Shown: one piece after another, positions 1-9,758 of the stretch
Position numbering within the stretch: the stretch's first letter is position 1
Layout of the letters: each line of letters begins with the position of its first letter
From: Promethearchaeota archaeon
GTDB lineage: Archaea > Asgardarchaeota > Lokiarchaeia > Sigyniarchaeales > SOKP01
DNA: 64,000 bases
Reading direction: 5' to 3'
Assembly: GCA_048939015.1 (NCBI GenBank)
Contig: JBHLPW010000001.1
Span: 32,001 to 96,000 of the forward strand
Position numbers and translations under genes: made by a program
The notes under the pieces: model-generated
Databases searched by the model: none
The model's input: only the letters and a program-made list of their open reading frames with translations
What the model was told of the DNA's origin: nothing

Positions 1-2
1 TA

Positions 3-674
3 TTTGCTGCAATACTATTGATCCTCATTACAAGAAAATATTTTATTAAACGCCATAAACTTACACGGTTACTATTAATAATTTTCATAGCCTATTTTAT
101 AGCAATCTTCTTTTCTTGGTTATCAAAAATTTTTGTATTTTTAGGATTTACTGCCGTGCAAGACGGTTCTATAGGGGCTTGGTTATATAACATTATAACA
201 GATTTTAGATTAAGCGAATTTTTTGTGACTATCGCAATCTTTTTGTCTTACATTTTGAAAGTAAATGTGTTCGAAAAGGGATATAATACAGTACAAAAAT
301 ACGTAATTATTATTTACGGAGTATTTGCATGTGTGTATGTTTTATTTATTTATGTTTCGGGGAATACTCTATTAGACATATTGGCTTTTTTAATAGTTTT
401 TATATATATGGTAATGGTCTATGGACCATTTCTAAGAAGATCTATTGAATCCTATAAAGCTGTTGAAGGGAAAGCATATAGACAAGCATTTTTATCATTA
501 GCTATAATGTCAATTAGTTTTATGTTGATTTTTCTTAATTTTGCAATCGATAGACTACTAATCTTTTTAGGGAGTCCTGGTTTTACTGTGTTTTATTTTC
601 TTGCATGGATTTTTGCATTAATTGGAATTTTTGGAGCATACTATGGATATATTCGACCGAAAGCTACTGAATAA
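3..674 (+). CDS. Multi-pass membrane protein, 5'-truncated by the window edge
   Basis: About 6 hydrophobic segments. The frame is open back to position 3, so the true start lies outside the window. Confidence 0.8.
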   Translation, partial: FAAILLILITRKYFIKRHKLTRLLLIIFIAYFIAIFFSWLSKIFVFLGFTAVQDGSIGAWLYNIITDFRLSEFFVTIAIFLSYILKVNVFEKGYNTVQKYVIIIYGVFACVYVLFIYVSGNTLLDILAFLIVFIYMVMVYGPFLRRSIESYKAVEGKAYRQAFLSLAIMSISFMLIFLNFAIDRLLIFLGSPGFTVFYFLAWIFALIGIFGAYYGYIRPKATE

Positions 675-764
675 TTACCATCAATTTTTAAAACACTAAA
701 CATTAAAGATTTTATATTTATTTTTTCTTTACTAGTTTTAGAGTAAAAAGGAAAATATCAAGCA

Positions 765-1187
765 GTGATTTCTGTGGAAAAGATAATACAAGATATTTGG
801 ATATTAAACGATGCCGGAATTGTTTTATTCAGTCGAGTTTTTAATCCTAGAGTAGATGATCAGTTATTTGGAGGTCTTATGAGTGCTCTGAATACTTTTG
901 CAGAAAATATCTCTGATGGAGGTCTATCTAGTTTCATCATCAAGGATGTGAAGTATATAATTATGAAACAATATGGATTACTATTTATTGTAAATTCTTC
1001 AAAAAAAACTAAAGAGAAGAAAGTCAATGAAGAATTGAAGAGTATCGTAAGTAAATTCTTCAAATTATATCCAAAAGATATGTTTGAAACTTGGAATAGT
1101 GATATAAGTGTTTTTGCTGATTTCGAAAAACATATTCAAAATAGTCTACAGGATACTATAGACAAATTTGAAAGAGCTTTTTGGTAA
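765..1187 (+). CDS. Longin-like domain protein (sedlin/AP-sigma-like fold)
   Basis: IQDIWILNDAGIVLFSR...LFGGLMSALNTFA...LLFIV...ELKSIVSKF fits the longin beta-beta-alpha-beta-beta-beta-alpha-alpha pattern; 140 aa. Confidence 0.7.
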   Translation: MISVEKIIQDIWILNDAGIVLFSRVFNPRVDDQLFGGLMSALNTFAENISDGGLSSFIIKDVKYIIMKQYGLLFIVNSSKKTKEKKVNEELKSIVSKFFKLYPKDMFETWNSDISVFADFEKHIQNSLQDTIDKFERAFW

Positions 1188-1191
1188 TACA

Positions 1192-1962
1192 TTAAAACCA
1201 GTAATCTATCGTTGTATTCTTTAAAGGAACTTTTTTCTTGGGTATACGGCGCTTCCATTTTTTCAGCCTTTTTTCAGGCAAGTAAGGATGTTGTACTAAA
1301 ACATATTCATCAAACCTTTCGTCGTCATTTATCATCACTAATACATTTCCAAAATGACTTAATATCTTTCCTCCTTTCGGTCTGAAAAGAGAGTGTTCAT
1401 GTAAAGGCGCTGTTATAATAATAAGAGGTTTTGTCTTCTGGAGTATTCGTTTAATTCCATCTATCATTTTTAGCAGTTCTTCGAACGTTTGCTTTTCATA
1501 GCCTTCAAACATGGTTGTTATCCCTGAGATTAAGACCACTTTCACATCTTCAAGCATGGAGAGCCTGTTCTCTAAAATTTCAACCATTTGGTCAAAAGTG
1601 AAAGATCTACTTATGAGGATATTTTCTAATACTTTTCGAGGAGACAAATTCTGCGAAACCGCAAATTTGCTTACATCATAAGGGTTGAACCTATTATTTC
1701 CATCGATGAAAGCGACTTTAATGCCCTCTCCAAATCCTCCATTATCAATCGGTTTTTGGGCAATAACTGCAGTTGTTAGCAAAATGTTTGTCGTTAATTT
1801 CTTATCTCCATAGAGTAAGTACACTAAATCACGATGAAAACCTCCAGAAAGCAACTCATCTAGTGTGTGATCCCCACTTGAAATGAGTGGCAAATGATTG
1901 TTTCTTTTCAACACCATAAATCCATCATCATAAGGGAGTAAAGATTCTTCGAAAGTCATCAT
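1192..1962 (-). CDS. Inactivated RadA/RadB-like RecA-fold protein with C-terminal PIP-box-like motif
   Basis: ISSGDHTLDELLSGGF and KVAFIDGNNRFNPY...NILISRSFTFDQ are RadA-like. Walker A is degenerate (YGDKKLTT). Ends in NTTIDYWF. ATG at 1962/1959 is preferred over TTG 2025. Confidence 0.75.
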   Translation of the reverse strand: MMTFEESLLPYDDGFMVLKRNNHLPLISSGDHTLDELLSGGFHRDLVYLLYGDKKLTTNILLTTAVIAQKPIDNGGFGEGIKVAFIDGNNRFNPYDVSKFAVSQNLSPRKVLENILISRSFTFDQMVEILENRLSMLEDVKVVLISGITTMFEGYEKQTFEELLKMIDGIKRILQKTKPLIIITAPLHEHSLFRPKGGKILSHFGNVLVMINDDERFDEYVLVQHPYLPEKRLKKWKRRIPKKKVPLKNTTIDYWF

Positions 1963-2299
1963 ATGATTTAAAGATTCTTCAAAATAAAACAGCCATACAC
2001 CGACAATTTTCTGAAATAGATGCAATTTCTATCTAGTTTAGACATAATGTTTCTGTTCTCCAGAAGAAAGGTTCTCTTAAAAGAAATACTATTTCAGGGA
2101 GACTGAGAGGGGAGATTAAAAGTAAAAATAAAATATAAAAAAGTCTTTAACATGCTTTATAGGCTTTAAAATTGAGAATCTATAATTGATCATATTAGGA
2201 AATTTGGAGGATAACTAAAATCAAACTTTATAATAAGTGTTACAAAATTATTTATTATCAATAATTTAATTATAAAAATCAAAAAAAAATTGTTATAAA

Positions 2300-4006
2300 A
2301 TGTCATATAAAGATAGGTTTTGGAAGTCTAAATGGGACTCTCATGTTGTAGATCTAGAACCTCAAGAGTTTGAAACCTCTTTTACTCAAGCAATAAGGAG
2401 AACCTTCGAAGAACTTCCTGAGAAATTAGCTTTTGGTTTTTATGGAACAGAAATTTCATATGGAGAATTGGATAAATTATCAAATGAATTTGCTCATATG
2501 CTAATTGAGAACGGAATGAAAAAAGGAGACGTTTTAGGAGTAAATGTAGCTAATATTCCTGAATATATTATTGGAGTTTTAGGTGCAATGAAGGCTGGAA
2601 TAATAGTTTCTGGAGTTTCACCACTACTCTCCGCGATTCAAATACAATATCAATTAAACGATTTGGGATCTGAGGGAAAGAAGGTTGCACTTCTTACTTT
2701 AGATGCAATATTTGCCGGGCATATCACTAAAATTTACACGCAACTTCCTTCGTTAAAATTAGTCATTACAACAAGTGTAGGGGGATTTATGCCGAAAATG
2801 CTTGCAAAACTAGGGAAAATGGTAGGAAAAATACCCAAAGGTAAGGTTACTCCACTAGAGGGAAAAATAGTTCTTGAATATCATAAAGATGTCAAAGGAA
2901 AGTATTCTGATGCGCTTCCAGATGTTAAAATTACTCCAGATGATATAATATTTATTCAATATACTGGAGGAACAACAGGACCACCTAAGGGAGCAAAACT
3001 AAGTCATAGGAATTTCGTTGCTGATATAAAAATCTTCCAACACTGGCTTAGTTGGGGATTCGGAGCCGGTTTTGCATTATCTGGATTTCCATTTTTCCAT
3101 ATAGCAGGATTATTCACATGTGCGAATGTAATAATGTTAGGTTGGAGTCAGATATTAATCCCAAATCCAAGAGATACTGACCATATGATAAAAGAAATGT
3201 TGAAATACAGACCAACCGTTTTAGCAAACGTACCTACATTGTACCAATTGATAATTAAAAACCCAAAGTTCAAGAAGATTGATAAAGATATGATTGACTA
3301 TGCAATCTCAGCGGCAGCTCCATTTCCAAAAGAATCTCAAGAAATTTTTGAAAGTGTTATTGGTAAGGGAAAAATAATAGAACTTTATGGAATGACTGAA
3401 ACCTCACCATTAACAGTAGGGAATCCATCAAGGGGAAAAAAGAAATTGGGACATATTGGCTTACCATTCCCTAATGTAGAATTTAAATTATTAGATCCCG
3501 AATCTGGAAATGAAGTACCTTTAGGAGAAGCTGGTGAAATCTGTGTAAAAGGTCCAATGGTTATGGTAGGTTACCATAATAAACCAGAAGAAACTAAAAA
3601 GGCTATTGATTCAGATGGCTTCATGCATACTGGAGATGTTGGAATAATGGATGAAGAAGGTTATGTAAGGATTGCTGATCGAACAAAAGATATGATAATT
3701 GTAGGAGGTTTTAAAGTATTCTCGGCAAAATTAGAAGATACTCTTACTAAACACCCTGCTATTGAAATGGTTGCTACTATTGGAGTTCCTAATCCCGATA
3801 GACCTGGATCTGAATTGGTAAAGGCTATTATCCAAATTGCTCCAGATTATGAGTATAATAATGAAGAATCATTAAAAGAAGAAATAATTGCATTTGCCAA
3901 AGAAAAATGCTCTCCTTATGAAGTCCCCAAAATCATAGAATTTACAGAAGAGCTCCCACTAACAGTGGTGGGAAAGGTAGACAAGAAATTATTAAGAAAT
4001 AAGTGA
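2300..4006 (+). CDS. fadD: Long-chain acyl-CoA synthetase (AMP-forming)
   Basis: YTGGTTGPPKGA, YGMTE, HTGDVG, RTKDMII, GKVDKK adenylate-forming motifs. Confidence 0.92.
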   Translation: MSYKDRFWKSKWDSHVVDLEPQEFETSFTQAIRRTFEELPEKLAFGFYGTEISYGELDKLSNEFAHMLIENGMKKGDVLGVNVANIPEYIIGVLGAMKAGIIVSGVSPLLSAIQIQYQLNDLGSEGKKVALLTLDAIFAGHITKIYTQLPSLKLVITTSVGGFMPKMLAKLGKMVGKIPKGKVTPLEGKIVLEYHKDVKGKYSDALPDVKITPDDIIFIQYTGGTTGPPKGAKLSHRNFVADIKIFQHWLSWGFGAGFALSGFPFFHIAGLFTCANVIMLGWSQILIPNPRDTDHMIKEMLKYRPTVLANVPTLYQLIIKNPKFKKIDKDMIDYAISAAAPFPKESQEIFESVIGKGKIIELYGMTETSPLTVGNPSRGKKKLGHIGLPFPNVEFKLLDPESGNEVPLGEAGEICVKGPMVMVGYHNKPEETKKAIDSDGFMHTGDVGIMDEEGYVRIADRTKDMIIVGGFKVFSAKLEDTLTKHPAIEMVATIGVPNPDRPGSELVKAIIQIAPDYEYNNEESLKEEIIAFAKEKCSPYEVPKIIEFTEELPLTVVGKVDKKLLRNK

Positions 4007-4071
4007 TTCTCTTCGATGAAATAAGGTTTAACTTTAAAGAAATTAAAGATTTTTATTTTCTTTCTATTTAT

Positions 4072-5172
4072 TTAATTTCTACTAGCTAAAATCTTTTTAT
4101 GTAAAATCTGAAAGTCCTTTTCTGGTATTTTATCCTTTAAACCTTCTCTTAATACAATTTTAATTGCATCATTTGGGCACTTTGAAACACAAACACCACA
4201 CCCTATACACCAATCATTATCGATTACTGCGATATTATCCTCTAAATTTATGGCATCTGCTGGACAAACCTCAATACAATTACCACAGCCAACACACTTA
4301 TCATTCAAAGTTTCCCGGATAAAATATGTAGCAATTATTTCATCCCGGGGGATCATTCTTCTTCTTATTCGCCCTAAATTCCAACAAGAGCATCCACAAC
4401 AATTGCAATTCTGTTGCACATTATCAATAGCATTATCTGTAAAATGAACTAATCCCGCTTCTGAAGCTTTTCGACTAATTTCTAATGCTTCTTCAACACT
4501 AACTTCTCGAGCAAAACCTTTATCAATAATATAGCGTGCTAAATCATTAAATTTCATACAAACTTCTAAGGGATGATCGCAACCTCTGCCTATTAATTTC
4601 ATAGATTGGCGACAGATACAGTGAGCTACTGCTATAACTCTCGCTTTTTTTATAATTTCTCTCATTACTTGATAAGGTAAGATTGCTTGAGTATTTGGTT
4701 CAATAGTTTCCTCTATGGGGATAAATCTGAAAGGAATAGGTTCAGTACTATAAGCTTCTTTTGTTACTTCTGTATTAAAATATTTGAGTACTTGTTTTGC
4801 CATTTCTCTTGATTGAGGAGTGTTTTCACCCTTCCAAAAAAATACTTGAGGAAAACCAAACGCTGATTGTTGGAGAGCATACATAAGTTGTCCATTATTT
4901 TTATCTATGTAAGAAAATACTAGACCTCTACTAGCTAGATTTTCAAGAATTTCTTTTAGATGATGAAAAGGGATCTCTATTGACTTAGATATTTCATTAA
5001 TGGAAATTCCTTGAAAAGGTATTTTTTTTGAAGGTATTGAAAGGAGGATGTTGGCTTCCTCTTCACTAAAATTAGACTTCAAAATAGCGAGTAAGTCTTC
5101 TCTTGGTGGTGTCATCATTCCCATTTGAGAAAAATGAATCATTAATTTTTCATAGATATCTAATATTGTCAT
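4072..5172 (-). CDS. Fe-S protein: N-terminal helical/HTH region, Cys-rich middle domain, C-terminal 2x[4Fe-4S] ferredoxin
   Basis: [20 protein letters not shown], then [12 protein letters not shown] and [15 protein letters not shown] 5172 is preferred. Confidence 0.8.
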   Translation of the reverse strand: MTILDIYEKLMIHFSQMGMMTPPREDLLAILKSNFSEEEANILLSIPSKKIPFQGISINEISKSIEIPFHHLKEILENLASRGLVFSYIDKNNGQLMYALQQSAFGFPQVFFWKGENTPQSREMAKQVLKYFNTEVTKEAYSTEPIPFRFIPIEETIEPNTQAILPYQVMREIIKKARVIAVAHCICRQSMKLIGRGCDHPLEVCMKFNDLARYIIDKGFAREVSVEEALEISRKASEAGLVHFTDNAIDNVQQNCNCCGCSCWNLGRIRRRMIPRDEIIATYFIRETLNDKCVGCGNCIEVCPADAINLEDNIAVIDNDWCIGCGVCVSKCPNDAIKIVLREGLKDKIPEKDFQILHKKILASRN

Positions 5173-5363
5173 GATTAATCCCAACTATATTGTTTTAAGT
5201 TTAATTATTTGCTAAACTTCTATTTTTCTATTTTATCTTATACGTTTTTTATTGAGATCGAAAAAATAACATAATTATAATAAACTTTTTTAATAAAATG
5301 TAGCTTATTAAATATCACAATTCGATTTTGAATTGTACTTAATAACAAAAATGTGAAAAAAAA

Positions 5364-7079
5364 ATGTCAAATCCATACGAAAGTCGCTTTTGGATGAAAA
5401 ACTGGGATCCTGGAATGAAAGACATTCCTCCTGAAGAATTTGAAACTACCTATCCAGAAATGTTAAGACCAACATTTGAAAAATTTTCTGATAAAATGGC
5501 ACTTGCATATCAAGGATTAGAAATCAGCTTTGGTGAGGTTGATAAATATTCTAATCAATTTGCTAATATGTTGATTGAAAATGGATTTAAAAAAGGTGAT
5601 GTAGTTGGAATTAATCTAGCAAATATTCCCGAATACGTATATTCAGTTTTAGGCACACTTAAAGCGGGATGTATTGTTTCAGGCGTTAGTCCTCTTCTTT
5701 CTGATGTACAGATGCATTATCAATTGGATGATCTTGGAAAAGGTGGTAAAAAAGTAGCTTTAATCACTTTAGATGCTATTTTTCAACATAGATTGACTAA
5801 AATTGCGGATAAACTACCACAACTTAAAGTTGTAGTAGCAACAAGCGTAATTGGTTCATTCTCTAAAGAGGCACAAGCAAAAATTAAAGCTGTTCAAGAA
5901 ATCCCCTCAGGAGAAGTCACTCCTTTAGAGGGAAAAGTTGTCTATAATTTTCAGGATGACGTTTTGACAAAATTTTCTACTGATTTACCAAAAGTTGATA
6001 TATCTCCTGATGACCTTGGCTGGATTCAGTATACTGGTGGTACAACAGGTCCTCCGAAAGGCGCAATGTTAAGTCATAGAAACTATGTTTCAAATATGAA
6101 AGGGATTATTACCTGGCTTCAATGGGAACCGGGAAAAGGAGTATTACTATCAGGATTCCCTATGTTTCATATTGCTGGCTTAACAGTATGTCAAGGAGCT
6201 CTTTATAATGGAATGAGTCAAATTATTATTGCTAATCCGCGTGATGCACTCCATATTTGTAATGAAATGAAGAAATATAAACCAACAATGCTAGTAAATG
6301 TACCTTCCTTATATCAAATTTTAATCAATTTTCGCAAATTTAAAAGGTTAGATCATTCAAATTTAAGATTGTGCATCTCTGCAGCGGCTCCGTTCCCAAA
6401 AGAATCACAAGAGGCGTTAGAAAGCGTAGTAGGTGAAGGAAAACTATTAGAACTTTGGGGAATGACTGAACTTTCACCAGTTGCGAGTATGAATCCTTCT
6501 ATAGGTACGAAAAAATTAGGTACTGTAGGTTTACCGTTTCTAAATGTCGATTTAAAAATTGTTAATCCTGAAACGAATGAAGTAGTCTCAATAGGAGAAC
6601 CGGGAGAACTTTGTGTAAATGGTCCCTTAGTTATGCAAGGATACTATAATAAACCAGAAGAAACCGCAAAAGCCATAGATAAAGATGGTTACATGCATAC
6701 GGGGGATGTTGGAATTATGGATGAAGATGGTTACATTCGAATTGTCGATCGTACAAAAGATATGATAATAGTCGGGGGATTTAAAGTTTTTTCGGCAAAA
6801 GTTGAAGATACTCTGGCGAAACATCCAGCAATTGGGATGGTAGCATTAATTGGAGTCCCTAACCCTGATAGACCTGGATCCGAAATTGTAAAAGCATTCG
6901 TCCAAATCTCCCCAGACTATGAATTTGATGGAAATAAAGAAGCTTTAAAGGAAGATATAATAAGTTTTTCTAAAGATAACTTAGCCCCGTATGAAGTTCC
7001 CAAATTAATAGAATTTTCAGAAGAGCTTCCATTAACTGTCGTTGGAAAGATTGATAAGAAAATTTTAAGATCTAATTAA
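5364..7079 (+). CDS. fadD: Long-chain acyl-CoA synthetase, close paralogue of 2300..4006
   Basis: YTGGTTGPPKGA, WGMTE, HTGDVG; long near-identical stretches shared with the upstream copy. Confidence 0.92.
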   Translation: MSNPYESRFWMKNWDPGMKDIPPEEFETTYPEMLRPTFEKFSDKMALAYQGLEISFGEVDKYSNQFANMLIENGFKKGDVVGINLANIPEYVYSVLGTLKAGCIVSGVSPLLSDVQMHYQLDDLGKGGKKVALITLDAIFQHRLTKIADKLPQLKVVVATSVIGSFSKEAQAKIKAVQEIPSGEVTPLEGKVVYNFQDDVLTKFSTDLPKVDISPDDLGWIQYTGGTTGPPKGAMLSHRNYVSNMKGIITWLQWEPGKGVLLSGFPMFHIAGLTVCQGALYNGMSQIIIANPRDALHICNEMKKYKPTMLVNVPSLYQILINFRKFKRLDHSNLRLCISAAAPFPKESQEALESVVGEGKLLELWGMTELSPVASMNPSIGTKKLGTVGLPFLNVDLKIVNPETNEVVSIGEPGELCVNGPLVMQGYYNKPEETAKAIDKDGYMHTGDVGIMDEDGYIRIVDRTKDMIIVGGFKVFSAKVEDTLAKHPAIGMVALIGVPNPDRPGSEIVKAFVQISPDYEFDGNKEALKEDIISFSKDNLAPYEVPKLIEFSEELPLTVVGKIDKKILRSN

Positions 7080-7181
7080 TAAAATTTATTTTTTTCTAAT
7101 TATTATTTATTTGTTTCTTACTTTTCTATTTTTAAGTTAATTAATTTAGGAAAGTTTTTTTTAAAGGGAAATCATTAATTT

Positions 7182-7925
7182 TTGATGAAATTAAAAACAT
7201 CCTTTTTAAGCTTTATTTTAGTTTTCTTTTTGATTTTTTCCTGCATATTAAGCCCAGCTTTCGCTGTTTTTACTCTAGGTGATTCCTGCCTTCCCGTAGA
7301 TGAGGAAGGTTTCATCGAATATGATTTTGATAAATATACTGCTCCGGAACCATTAAGACTCAAAGTTGATTTTGTAGATTTATATAAAATGTACGAACCA
7401 GTTGAAGCTTTGGGAGTTAACATAACCGTGAGTGAGCTCAATTCAACTACTAATAATTATGAAATATCAATTGTTGATTCTATAAAATATCAAAATCATG
7501 TATTTTTAGCTTATAATAAAACACTTCAATTTTTTGTATATAATCAATGTATGAATAACCTTCTAATAAACGGCTATGGAGGTTATTTTATTATTCCGAA
7601 TGACCCTGTAGATGTAAATATTGTAAAAGTATTCATTGAGGGTTATACCATTTGGTCCGCGAGCGTTAATAACTACTCAGTAACTATTGATATTGCTAAT
7701 GATCAAGTTATTCTGACTTATAATCAAAAAGGAATATTGATAAAAGAAGAAGTTAAAAGCAATAATGTCACAATTTCAACTTTAACATTTATATCATATG
7801 CAGTAAATCAAAAAGACGATATCGGAGAGTTAGACGTCATCTTATTATTATCAATAATTACTCTAATATCAATAGCTTCGGTACTAATTAATAAAAATTC
7901 TATAAAAAAGATGGAATTCTCATAG
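7182..7925 (+). CDS. Exported/surface protein with signal peptide and C-terminal membrane anchor
   Basis: Hydrophobic N-terminus ending in AFA; C-terminal TM helix followed by a basic tail. Confidence 0.7.
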   Translation: MMKLKTSFLSFILVFFLIFSCILSPAFAVFTLGDSCLPVDEEGFIEYDFDKYTAPEPLRLKVDFVDLYKMYEPVEALGVNITVSELNSTTNNYEISIVDSIKYQNHVFLAYNKTLQFFVYNQCMNNLLINGYGGYFIIPNDPVDVNIVKVFIEGYTIWSASVNNYSVTIDIANDQVILTYNQKGILIKEEVKSNNVTISTLTFISYAVNQKDDIGELDVILLLSIITLISIASVLINKNSIKKMEFS

Positions 7926-8039
7926 CAGATATTTTTATTTTCTATATATCTAGAATAAATAATAAATCGCATTTAGTGCCTTAAGTGGTTTAAGTAAAAA
8001 AAAAATGTTTATTTTATTATTCTTTCGAGCTATCCTTAA

Positions 8040-8723
8040 TTACGTTTGTTCAATCTTCAAGTTTTTAAAGCTTCCTATCGCTAAACTTATACACCATAAA
8101 TAAAGTACGATTTTTTGCAATGTAACTTGGATAATTAAACCCTCAGGTGTTTGGTTACTCGGTCCTAAAAGGACAACAACCATAAAAACAACTAATGCAA
8201 TCGCAAAAATAATAAAGGGTAGAGCATATTTTTTTGGATATTTATCATTCAAATAAAGGATTATTGAATATAATATGCAAGGTAATAATGCCCAAAGAAA
8301 AGCACTTGCTGCAAAAAGGTTATGTTCATCAAAATAAAGATCTTGTGGAGTAAAAACAACGCCTATTAATGAAATAGCAGAAACCGCTGCGAAAATTAAT
8401 CCAATAAGACTTAGTTTTTTTTCTAATTTATTTTCTTTAAAAAGGAAAACTGCATTAATGAAAAAAAGTAGATATGAAAGAGCAAAAATTGATAAGGTTA
8501 TAGAAAATAACACAAACGAGATAAGATTATTTTCACCAGAATATGCAATTGTATTTCCTAAATCACTAAAATAATTAGAAAAGAAAGAATATCCAGAAAT
8601 ATTTGGATCAATGTACGTCCCTCCAGGATAAAATAACATTGCAATGAAAGTAATAATTATGAACTGTAAAGATCCAAATAAACTTATACGAGAAAGCCAT
8701 TCTATTCTGCTCTCCAACTTCAT
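8040..8723 (-). CDS. DUF998-like integral membrane protein
   Basis: YPGG...GYSFFSNYFSDLG motif, H-x-x-x-A in TM4, LQK in the last TM. Confidence 0.7.
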   Translation of the reverse strand: MKLESRIEWLSRISLFGSLQFIIITFIAMLFYPGGTYIDPNISGYSFFSNYFSDLGNTIAYSGENNLISFVLFSITLSIFALSYLLFFINAVFLFKENKLEKKLSLIGLIFAAVSAISLIGVVFTPQDLYFDEHNLFAASAFLWALLPCILYSIILYLNDKYPKKYALPFIIFAIALVVFMVVVLLGPSNQTPEGLIIQVTLQKIVLYLWCISLAIGSFKNLKIEQT

Positions 8724-8890
8724 ATGAATTTCACCTAGTTTTAAAAAAATATTTTATTTCCTAAAAAGTATAAAATCGTAATCATTATGAATTTTTAAAT
8801 ATTTCTTAATTTTAGCAATAAAGTAAAAGAACAAAAATAAATATAACCACAGATTTTCTATTTATCTTAAACCGTGTAATATCTAATTTT

Positions 8891-9664
8891 TTATTCTTTT
8901 CTTATCTGGTTCTCAACAAGAGAGAGGACTTTTGGAAGAACATCACCAATTTTTTCATGAATTACTACTTCTGCTAATGAATCCATATCAGTTTTTTGAA
9001 TATTTATAATCGCTAATTTTGCTCCAATTGACAGAGCTTTCTGAGGATAAAATGCAACTGGATAAACTACAAGAGAAGAACCAAGAACTAACAGCATATC
9101 ACATTCTGCAATCATATTATCTGCTGCTTCGAGCGTTTTTGACTCAAGTGCTTCTCCAAAAAATATAGCATTTGGTTTTAACATCCCTCGACATTTATCA
9201 CAGGAGGGAGAATAATTCCCTTTCATAACTTGATTTACCATAAATGTAATTTCGTAAACTTGTCCACATGTCATGCATTTTGCTTCATATGCATTCCCAT
9301 GAAATTCTACAATGTTTTTTGTCCTTGCTTTGTGATGTAACCTATCTATATTCTGGGTAAGAACTCCTTTTAGCTTTCCAAGTTTCTGAAGTTTCGTTAG
9401 TGCTTTATGGCCTCTATTGGGCCTTGCTTTAAAAATATTCCTTCCTGTTTCAAGCATGAATTCTAAATTTTTACCTGTATTAGCTACATATGAATGAATT
9501 GATGCGAATTCATAGGGATCCACTTTTTCCCATAAACCAGTTCCGGGTGTTCGAAAATCTGCAATCCCACTTTCGGTTGACATTCCCGCTCCTGTTAATG
9601 CTACTATATTTTTGGAGTCAATGATTAATTCTGCAAATTTCTCAATTTTTTCCCCTAATGACAT
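8891..9664 (-). CDS. cobB: Sir2-family NAD-dependent protein deacylase
   Basis: TGAGMSTESGIADFR, TQNID, FHG, CxxC...CxxC zinc ribbon, GSSLVVYP. Confidence 0.95.
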   Translation of the reverse strand: MSLGEKIEKFAELIIDSKNIVALTGAGMSTESGIADFRTPGTGLWEKVDPYEFASIHSYVANTGKNLEFMLETGRNIFKARPNRGHKALTKLQKLGKLKGVLTQNIDRLHHKARTKNIVEFHGNAYEAKCMTCGQVYEITFMVNQVMKGNYSPSCDKCRGMLKPNAIFFGEALESKTLEAADNMIAECDMLLVLGSSLVVYPVAFYPQKALSIGAKLAIINIQKTDMDSLAEVVIHEKIGDVLPKVLSLVENQIRKE

Positions 9665-9758
9665 AATTTATCCTTTGTTCGAAGTGTATAAACTGAATAT
9701 AATTAATATTCGAATTATTTTATAAAATATTTTATTGCCTTATGATTTTATTGTATTA

